From contig NC_009483.1 of the NCBI RefSeq assembly GCF_000016745.1, positions 4,110,001 through 4,142,000 of the forward strand: 32,000 nt of DNA. The letters are read 5' to 3'. The notes under the pieces are model-generated. The model saw only the letters and a list, made by a program, of their open reading frames with translations. It was not told the origin of the DNA and did no database searches. Shown here one piece after another: positions 16,979 to 23,389 of the stretch; within the stretch, counting starts at the first letter, position 1, and every line of letters begins with the position of its first letter. Source of the stretch: Geotalea uraniireducens Rf4. Lineage in GTDB: Bacteria > Desulfobacterota > Desulfuromonadia > Geobacterales > Geobacteraceae. Made by a program: the position numbers and the translations under genes.

Positions 16979-17908
16979 CTACTTTGTTCCAATTGTGTAA
17001 AGCACGCCTATATCAAGCCATATACCATCTTTGGTCGCGAGTTCGGCAACTTCCTGCATATGCTCCTGTCGGAAGCGCTCCAGAACATCCGGCTGAAGTT
17101 GCTTCAGCATACCGCGAAACCCGGCGTTCCATATCAGATCCCACCACTCGCTCGCGTCTGCCAGATAATAGCCCATGTTCTTCTGTTCCACCCTGATATC
17201 CCGAATGCCCGCCTTCTCGAAAAGCACTCTGCATCCCGCCTCAGTGGCGATCCGCTTCCAGGTCTGGGGTGGCAGTTGCACATGGTAATCGGTCAGCCGC
17301 TTTATCATGAGGTCTCTGAGCGGGTTGAAGTAGCTCTCCTGGAAATTGCAGATGGCAATTGTCCCGCCGTCCCTGACCAGTGAAGCGATCTGCGCAAGCT
17401 GGGTATCCATGTCTTCGACGAAAAAGATTCCGAAAGCGCATGTTGCCACGTCAAATCGGGCCTCGGCAAGATCGATATCCTGCATATCCATTTCGAGGAA
17501 CTCGACATTTCGGACATTCTGTAACTCGGCTTTTTTTCGTGCCTGCGCCAGCATTCCCGAAGAGAAATCAATCCCTTTCACAGAGCCGTGCGGAAGATAC
17601 GCGGATAGCGCCAACGCGGCGTTGCCCGTACCGGTCGCAATATCGATTACCCGTTCATTACCGTGCAGGCATAAGGTGGATGCAAGGTATTTGGCGCTTT
17701 CGGGAAAAAAACGGAGCGCCTTGCTGTCGTATGCTTCGGAGACGGTATTGAAGGTTTCTTTGATAATGGTCTTGCGTTGCGCGTTTTCCATATAGTTTGT
17801 CCTTTGGCTTTTCAACGGGTTGATGGTTTCCTCACCGGCAGGCGACAGTGATGCTTCCTTCGATATCTGTTCCAACACTTGGCTCCTGTTGTTTATGGTT
17901 CTTTCCAT
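16979..17908 (-). CDS. class I SAM-dependent methyltransferase
   Basis: Motif I VIDIATGTGNAAL, then GIDFSSGML and FDVATCAFGIFF. The alternative start is ATG 17791 (MENAQRK). Confidence 0.75.
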   Translation of the reverse strand: MERTINNRSQVLEQISKEASLSPAGEETINPLKSQRTNYMENAQRKTIIKETFNTVSEAYDSKALRFFPESAKYLASTLCLHGNERVIDIATGTGNAALALSAYLPHGSVKGIDFSSGMLAQARKKAELQNVRNVEFLEMDMQDIDLAEARFDVATCAFGIFFVEDMDTQLAQIASLVRDGGTIAICNFQESYFNPLRDLMIKRLTDYHVQLPPQTWKRIATEAGCRVLFEKAGIRDIRVEQKNMGYYLADASEWWDLIWNAGFRGMLKQLQPDVLERFRQEHMQEVAELATKDGIWLDIGVLYTIGTK

Positions 17909-17921
17909 AATTTATCTTTCC

Positions 17922-17972
17922 AACCAAATAAAGTTTATGCGGTGCGTAGCGAAGCGGGGCACCGCATAAACT
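17922..17972 (-). terminator. Rho-independent terminator of the pentapeptide-repeat gene
   Basis: 14-bp perfect stem (17932-17945 / 17959-17972), followed on the minus strand by TTTATTTGG. Confidence 0.7.
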
Positions 17973-18010
17973 GGTGTTGAACTAAACCGCTTGTGCACAC
18001 TCTTGAGAAT

Positions 18011-19468
18011 TTAAGGTGACAGGCTACTTTTTGTTGCAGGCTTAAAAGTATCGGGTTTGGTAGCGTTCAGGAGTTCAGCAGTTACTCCGATCGCTCCGGT
18101 CAGGTTTGCATCTTTCATGTTTGCATCTTTCAGGTTTGCCTCCGTCAGGTTTGCGTCTGTCAGATTTGCATTTGTCAGGTCTGCTTCCGTCAGGTTTGCA
18201 TTGGTCAGATTGGCCTTGGAGAGGTTGGCTGATACCAGATTGGCTTTGGTAAGGTTGGCGCTTGTTAGATTATGGGATCTCAGATCAAATTTATTGAGAT
18301 CCATGCCGGAAAGATTCACTCCTTGCAGATTGGAAACTCTGCGCAGTTGATCACTTTTCAAATTGGTCACTCCGGTCAGCACGGCTCCGTCAAAATTTAC
18401 TTTGGAAAGGCTGGCGTTGGCCAGGCTGGCATTGGTCAGGTCGGCTCCGGAGAGGTTGGCACCGGAAAAGTTGGTGTTGTCAAGAGTGGCTTCGGCCAGA
18501 TTCAATGAATTCAGATCAAAGTTGCTCAAGTTGAGACCGGAAAGATTTACCCGCTTCAAGATGGCAGCACTGCAAAGCTGGTATTCCGTAATGTTTGTTT
18601 TAATCAGGATGGCAGCGGTGAGGTTGGCGTTGGCCAGGTTGGCGTAAGTCAGATTCGCTCCGGTCAGGTTTGCTCCGGTCAGATTAGCTGAGAAGCCCAG
18701 ATCGGCTGATTCCAGGCTTGCCTTGGACAGATCGGCCCCGGTCAAGTCGCGGGAACTGAAATCAAATCTGCTCAGGTTGAGCCCTGAAAGATTCACACCC
18801 AGCAGATTGTCGGCACTGCGCAATTGGGCGCTTGTTACGTTATTCACTCCCACCAGGACGGATTTGTTCAGGATGGCTCCTTGCAGTTTGGCTCCTTTCA
18901 GGTTGGCACCGTTCAGGTTAGCTTCTGTCAGGTTGGTATTGGTAAGGTTGGTATTGGTGAGGTTGGTATTGGCAAGGTTGGCTTTGGTCAGGTTAACGGA
19001 ACTCAGGTCAAATCCGCTGAGATCGAAGTTTGAAAGATTCACCCCCTGCAGATTGGAAGCCTGAAGCAGTTGTGCGTCCGTTAGACCGATCACTCCGGTA
19101 AGATTCGCATTGGCCAGGATGGTTCCCCTGAAATCTGCTCCTTCCAGATCCGCCCCGGACAGGCTGGCACCGGACAGATTAGCATGACTCAGATTGGCCA
19201 CTTCCAGATTGGCACTATTCAAGCTGGCACCGGACAGATCAGCATAACTCAGGTTGGCCATCATGAGATTGACAGCAGTCAGATTGGCAGTGCGTTTATC
19301 ACAATGGCTCCAGTCAACATCCGCTAATGGCGGATTACCACAAGATGCAAGTGCAGGGGAAATATTTGAAAGCAATACCATCAAGACAGCAGTAATGGCC
19401 AACAGATGAATCGAGAAGGCTGATTGAGCAAAATTGACATTATGTAACGATTTTACCATCATTCTCAC
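18011..19468 (-). CDS. secreted pentapeptide-repeat lipoprotein (485 aa)
   Basis: Signal peptide with lipobox ALASC, then almost the whole protein is A(N/D)L(S/T)x pentapeptides. These form four runs separated by linkers such as GVxxLTxAQL...GVNLSGxDLSxFDLSS. The annotated first codon is GTG; ATGs occur at 19462 and 19459. Confidence 0.85.
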   Translation of the reverse strand: MRMMVKSLHNVNFAQSAFSIHLLAITAVLMVLLSNISPALASCGNPPLADVDWSHCDKRTANLTAVNLMMANLSYADLSGASLNSANLEVANLSHANLSGASLSGADLEGADFRGTILANANLTGVIGLTDAQLLQASNLQGVNLSNFDLSGFDLSSVNLTKANLANTNLTNTNLTNTNLTEANLNGANLKGAKLQGAILNKSVLVGVNNVTSAQLRSADNLLGVNLSGLNLSRFDFSSRDLTGADLSKASLESADLGFSANLTGANLTGANLTYANLANANLTAAILIKTNITEYQLCSAAILKRVNLSGLNLSNFDLNSLNLAEATLDNTNFSGANLSGADLTNASLANASLSKVNFDGAVLTGVTNLKSDQLRRVSNLQGVNLSGMDLNKFDLRSHNLTSANLTKANLVSANLSKANLTNANLTEADLTNANLTDANLTEANLKDANMKDANLTGAIGVTAELLNATKPDTFKPATKSSLSP

Positions 19469-19556
19469 GAGCGCCCTAAGGGGACATTCTATGGTTCACC
19501 TGTCAACTGAAAAGCATAAAGAAACTGCGGCAATAGTAACTGATGTCGGTGAGGAT

Positions 19557-19784
19557 TCAAGGGGACAGAGAACATAAATCATCGGGAACGGCAATAAAAT
19601 GGACGTGTTTGGTCATGAGGCACCAGGAAAGAAATTGAACCCCTGCTCGCCCAGCCTCTTCAGAAAGAAAATGGAGGTATGCCCAACGTGCATCATCATC
19701 AGGGAAAATGTCTATTGATCTAACGCCACCCTGCCTCACATGATGAGGGTATCCGGGAACGATTAGGCGAGACATTCTTGGCAT
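19557..19784 (-). pseudogene. truncated RAYT / IS200-like Y1 transposase N-terminal fragment (75 aa)
   Basis: MPRMSRLIVPGYPHHVRQGG...IFPDDDARWAYLHFLSEEAGRAGVQFLSWCLMTKHVHFIAVP matches the N-terminal HUH-containing third of REP-associated tyrosine transposases. It stops long before the catalytic Tyr region. Confidence 0.6.
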
Positions 19785-20043
19785 AGCCAGAGATTATTAA
19801 ATGCCTTTTATGGAGTCAAGCTAAAACTGCCGTCGGAAATCAGAAGCTCTCTCGGTTAAATAAAAATACGTATTGATGTCACCAGATTTTCTCCCAAGTG
19901 GCGGTCAAGGTACAATTCCAGCTGTAGTTAAAGTAAACTTCGCTAAGCGGCCTGTGGGTGCCGATAGGGATCATGTCTCAACAGCGTACATTTAATGTAC
20001 TTGTAAAGTGTTGGACCTGATAGTTTCTTCATTTCGCTTGTAT

Positions 20044-20116
20044 GTACAACGGTTCGCGCAGTTGACCCGTTCGGGCAGCCTTTCCGCCCGACCGGTGTCC
20101 AACTGCCTGGTTGGGA
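20044..20116 (-). mobile_element. attC-like recombination site A1 (3' of the methyltransferase cassette)
   Basis: + strand reads GTACAAC, a 7-nt spacer, arm 20058-20076, a 9-nt loop, arm 20086-20106, a 3-nt spacer, then GTTGGGA. The arms pair except for one mismatch and unpaired T20096 and C20099, both on the 3' arm. It is near identical to 21835-21907. Confidence 0.6.
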
Positions 20117-20197
20117 CTTCGCATTTTTAGCCCTTGGCTTAGCCATTTCTGTCAGATGTGTAGGCCTGACACTTCCGTTACTTGCAGCTGCCCCTCA

Positions 20198-20944
20198 TCA
20201 CCGCGTCATCAGCGCGAACACACCCCAGCCTAGGTATTCACGCGTGTAAGCGGCGTAGCGCTCGGGTTCCGAGGTCAGTTTGGCTCGAACATCTTTCGCG
20301 AACTCGTCGTCGGGATTGGCTTCAAGCCATCGGCGCATGGTGAGCCACTTGGCCGCCTCGTATCTGTCCCAGCCGTCTTGGTCTGCCAAAACCATTTCCA
20401 CCACGTCGTAGTCGAGGTGGCCGAAAGACGCGAGAAGTTCTGGAAGCATGAGAAAGTCGGAGATTGAGCCGGCAAGACACCCCTTGGCAACATCTTCCGT
20501 CGGCGGTAACTGCCGCCAGTAGGGCTCGCCGATGAGGATGATCCCTCCGGTGCGGAGGCTCTGCGCCAGAAGCTCGATGGTGCCGACGACTCCCCCAGCG
20601 ATCCACGTGGCACCGAGACATGCTGCCACACCGGCCTTCTCGTCAGAGACGTAGCCGGCAGCATCGCCATGGATGAACTCGACTTGATCGGCGACACCGA
20701 GTTCTTCAGCGCGGAGTTTCGCTTGCTCGGTGAACAACTGGCTCATGTCGATGCCGGTGCCGATGACTCCGTAATCGCGTGCCCAAGTGCACAGCATCTC
20801 CCCCGAACCGCTGCCGAGGTCGAGCACTCGGGTCCCCGTTTCCAGACGCAGCGCCGCGCCGAGAGTGGCGAGCTTTTCGGGTGTGAACGGGTTATGGATG
20901 CGGTGAGCACTTTCGGTGATGTTGAAGATCCGTGGAATGTCCAT
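20198..20944 (-). CDS. class I SAM-dependent methyltransferase (cassette ORF, GC-rich)
   Basis: Motif I VLDLGSGSGEM, then GIDMS and VEFIHGDA. AAGGAG lies 10 nt upstream of the ATG. The ORF is bounded by attC-like sites on both sides. No DNA-methyltransferase (D/N)PPY motif was seen. Confidence 0.8.
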   Translation of the reverse strand: MDIPRIFNITESAHRIHNPFTPEKLATLGAALRLETGTRVLDLGSGSGEMLCTWARDYGVIGTGIDMSQLFTEQAKLRAEELGVADQVEFIHGDAAGYVSDEKAGVAACLGATWIAGGVVGTIELLAQSLRTGGIILIGEPYWRQLPPTEDVAKGCLAGSISDFLMLPELLASFGHLDYDVVEMVLADQDGWDRYEAAKWLTMRRWLEANPDDEFAKDVRAKLTSEPERYAAYTREYLGWGVFALMTR

Positions 20945-20986
20945 TGCAGAAAATCTCCTTACGGGTGTGAATAGATTCGGTCACGG

Positions 20987-21056
20987 CACTAACGGCTATG
21001 AGTGTGACCGGCGCGGCAGGTTTTTCGCCGCGACCGAGTCCACACGAGAGTTGGAA
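20987..21056 (-). mobile_element. attC-like recombination site A3 (3' of the Mrr-nuclease cassette)
   Basis: + strand reads CACTAAC, a spacer, arm 21002-21017, a 9-nt loop, arm 21027-21045, a spacer, then GTTGGAA. Unpaired A21033, A21037 and C21040 are all on the 3' arm. The sequence is unrelated to A1/A2 but the structure is the same. Confidence 0.6.
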
Positions 21057-21120
21057 CATCCCTTATACTCAAATGTGAAAATGTGAAGAGCGCCCCCAAA
21101 AGTTCCCCTGTCTTCGTTGT

Positions 21121-21822
21121 TCATTTTGGCTTTGAGCCCAGTTGGGAATTCAAGGTAGATTCGGCTTCACTAATCACTTCGGATGCTCTTGCGACGAATT
21201 CGTCCAGTGTATCCACAACAATTTGGCGTTGCCCGGTTTCGTCGAACTTGATCGGATAAGGCGGCTTCTGGAGACGCACGCGGTCGAAACCATACTCCAG
21301 GATTGCAAGAGTCCCAATTGTGCTTATGACGGATTTGCTGTCAACCCCAGGTAGCGGTTTGGATGACCAGATGTGAGGGTTTGTCTGCTCTGATCTAAAT
21401 AGATTGTGAAGTGCGTACTTGAGTTCAACAGCCCTTGTCTCGATGCAATGAAGCACTGAAGCCGACAGATCTTGCTGAGCTGTCTCTTTTAGCCCGTCGA
21501 GATCGGTAAGCGTAACGTTAGTTTTTTCCGCTGCCCGTACTGCACCACTTTGATAGCCGGAGGAAGAGATTAAAATGCCTCGATCTGCACCGACATCTTC
21601 TACAATGGAGCGGAGCACTAGCACCTTCTCTTTTGTCACGCTTGAGTTCCAGTGTTTACATTCGATTACCCATCTTGTTTCGAGGCCGAACTTCCTGAAA
21701 CGAACCCATACGTCAATCTTGTGATCTGTGCGGGCGCCAGAAACCTTTGCCTCGATATCAGCTTCGCAGCCGAGGCTACGAAAGAATTCTGCGGTCTCTT
21801 CTTGATATCGTCTCCAATTCAT
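21121..21822 (-). CDS. Mrr-cat (PD-(D/E)xK) restriction-endonuclease-domain protein with an unknown ~120-aa C-terminal domain (cassette ORF)
   Basis: HKIDVWV ... RWVIECKHW ... GADRGILISSSGYQSGAVRAAEKTNVTLTDLDGL fits the D...(E/Q)xK core and following helix of the Mrr_cat family. The ATG lies ~13 nt from attC-like site A2. Confidence 0.7.
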   Translation of the reverse strand: MNWRRYQEETAEFFRSLGCEADIEAKVSGARTDHKIDVWVRFRKFGLETRWVIECKHWNSSVTKEKVLVLRSIVEDVGADRGILISSSGYQSGAVRAAEKTNVTLTDLDGLKETAQQDLSASVLHCIETRAVELKYALHNLFRSEQTNPHIWSSKPLPGVDSKSVISTIGTLAILEYGFDRVRLQKPPYPIKFDETGQRQIVVDTLDEFVARASEVISEAESTLNSQLGSKPK

Positions 21823-21834
21823 AAATCACTCGTG

Positions 21835-21907
21835 TGCCAACGGCTCGCGCAGTTGACCCGTTCGGGCAGCTTTTCCGCCCGACCGGCGTCCAACTGCCTG
21901 GTTGGGA
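21835..21907 (-). mobile_element. attC-like recombination site A2 (3' of the AT-rich 355-aa ORF)
   Basis: It has the same architecture as A1. Comparing 21838-21922 with 20047-20132 gives 3 substitutions and one 1-nt indel. The unpaired bases are C21887 and C21890. Confidence 0.6.
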
Positions 21908-21986
21908 CTTCGCTTTTTAGCCTTCTGTCTTTTTACTTTTGTCTCGTGTCAAGGGCTGCCCCCCCATTTACATAAATTTACTGAAA

Positions 21987-23054
21987 TCAGTGCTGCTCCT
22001 CGCCAAAAAGTATTATTTCCAGTTTCTTTTTAAATTCATCGTAATCTTCAGCACGATTTCTGATGATTGAAACATCAAGAATGCTTTTGTTTTCACGCAA
22101 GTAGTCAACAAAATGGTCATTTTCATCTTCAGCAATATATACTTTGATAATATGATTTTTGCGAATCTTACTGCCAAATTCAGCCCATGTTGCGGCATCA
22201 TCTTCCTTGCTGAAATACACAATAAGTAAATCGCATAAAAACAGAAAGGCTCCAATTCTTGGGACAGCGGCCCCTCCAGCGCGAACATCTAATGCCTGAT
22301 ATATATTCGACATTCGACGTATAAAATCGCCATTCTTAGTCAAGTCACAGCAAAATATACCAACTTCTAGTTTGAGCCATGCTTGTTTGCCTATTGCTTC
22401 AGGCGTTAGAAATTCTTCAGAAAATATACTTTCTACTACTTCTTCCATTATCTTTGAAGGCATCAGACATTCGTCTTTTGTAGAATTTACTAAAAAACCG
22501 AGACGGGTCAGTTTTTGAAGGGACACAATTTTTAACGGATCACCGGGAGATACTAGAGACTTTACCTGAGCAGAGATTGAATTTGGCCCTTTGAATACAT
22601 GCTTAGAGGCTATATAGATTTCTTTTGCATAATCAATGTCTTCGCTTGAAAGCTCTTTTAGTGATTTCAATATATGTATTTTATAAACAGGGTTTATTTT
22701 ATTCAGTATGACTGACTTCAGTAAGGTTGAGTAGTATTGCAGCTTAACTTGCTCATCGTCAGCAATAGCACTTGATAAAAGCGAACAATAATCCTCTATC
22801 GAAAATTCGTTGTTTATCAGTTTATCTTGTTCCGACTCTGGAACTCCTTCAAGTAACAGCTTGTTAAATTCGTCTATTCGAGACTCGTTACGGTCTTGGA
22901 TATATCTCCTACCGTGTTCAAACAGAACTTTGCCTATTTCATACATGGCGCTTCCACCCGGTACAATCAACCCCAAACCTTCCTTAACGCCGATTTCAGC
23001 AAGAGTGATGGTAGATTTTTTGGACCGCTGTATACTTGTTTCCTTATTTGGCAT
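21987..23054 (-). CDS. hypothetical 355-aa protein, strongly AT-rich (foreign cassette-like ORF)
   Basis: Long uninterrupted ORF in the most AT-rich stretch of the window. AAGGG lies 8 nt upstream of the ATG. I recognise no motif with confidence. It is followed 3' by attC-like site A2 and preceded 5' by the two-hairpin repeat. Confidence 0.7.
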   Translation of the reverse strand: MPNKETSIQRSKKSTITLAEIGVKEGLGLIVPGGSAMYEIGKVLFEHGRRYIQDRNESRIDEFNKLLLEGVPESEQDKLINNEFSIEDYCSLLSSAIADDEQVKLQYYSTLLKSVILNKINPVYKIHILKSLKELSSEDIDYAKEIYIASKHVFKGPNSISAQVKSLVSPGDPLKIVSLQKLTRLGFLVNSTKDECLMPSKIMEEVVESIFSEEFLTPEAIGKQAWLKLEVGIFCCDLTKNGDFIRRMSNIYQALDVRAGGAAVPRIGAFLFLCDLLIVYFSKEDDAATWAEFGSKIRKNHIIKVYIAEDENDHFVDYLRENKSILDVSIIRNRAEDYDEFKKKLEIILFGEEQH

Positions 23055-23191
23055 AGATCAACCCTTTGTAAATGCTTAACTGTCTTTTGCTGTAGGAAAT
23101 TTCTTAAACACTCAAGGTTATCAGAAATCCTCCGCAAATGATTCGAAGCAGTTGTGACATACAATTATCATCTATATTTCAATCTGGGACC

Positions 23192-23289
23192 AACTCATTA
23201 TTCACCGGTTCACGCGCATGCGCGCGTGAACCGGTGATCTACCCAAATGGAATATTTATCCAGTGAACATGAAAAAAATCTGCAATGCA
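23192..23289. repeat. Copy 2 (intact) of the ~95-nt two-hairpin repeat with a CTAC box
   Basis: Hairpin 1 is a 16-bp perfect stem with a 4-nt loop (23202-23237), followed after 1 nt by CTAC (23239-23242). Hairpin 2 is 23248-23262. The element then reads gtgaacatgaaaaaaa...gcaatgca and aligns with 2210-2304. Confidence 0.75.
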
Positions 23290-23389
23290 TATCTGATCAT
23301 GCCCCGATAATCTCCTGTCATTTCAGCCGCCTTGTGTTGAGGGTAGCACAAAATTCAGCGTTATCCATGAGAAGAGCGTCGAGCCTCCA

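Noticed and set aside
17932-17972. A possible fourth attC site: a hairpin flanked by CCAAC on the left and GTTGAAC on the right.
   Set aside because: The 14-bp stem is perfect, with no bulged bases or arm asymmetry, the element is much shorter than the other sites, and TTTATTT follows on the coding strand. This is an ordinary Rho-independent terminator for the pentapeptide gene.
18011-19468. Strong short-period DNA repetition (caggtttgc / cagattggc units) that could suggest a tandem-repeat or CRISPR-like array.
   Set aside because: The period is 15 nt, it is in frame, and it encodes pentapeptide repeats inside one uninterrupted ORF. There is no repeat-spacer organisation.
18011-19468. N-glycosylation of the pentapeptide lipoprotein, suggested by dozens of N-x-S/T tripeptides.
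   Set aside because: The sequons are an automatic by-product of the ANL(S/T)x repeat. No oligosaccharyltransferase gene is in the window. This is mentioned only as a check in the finding.
19943-20146. 67-aa minus-strand ORF covering attC-like site A1. Its C-terminal 29 aa (MKKLSGPTLYKYIK...) faintly resemble the end of a resolvase-type HTH.
   Set aside because: Most of the ORF is read straight through the structured repeat shared with 21838-21922, so it is not credible as coding. The HTH resemblance rests on about 8 residues only.
23055-23191. Searched for an attI/attC site or integrase remnant upstream of the 355-aa ORF and on to 24.2 kb.
   Set aside because: No bulged palindrome with AAC/GTT boxes and no tyrosine-recombinase-like ORF in any frame. 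The array therefore has no definable 5' end in this window.
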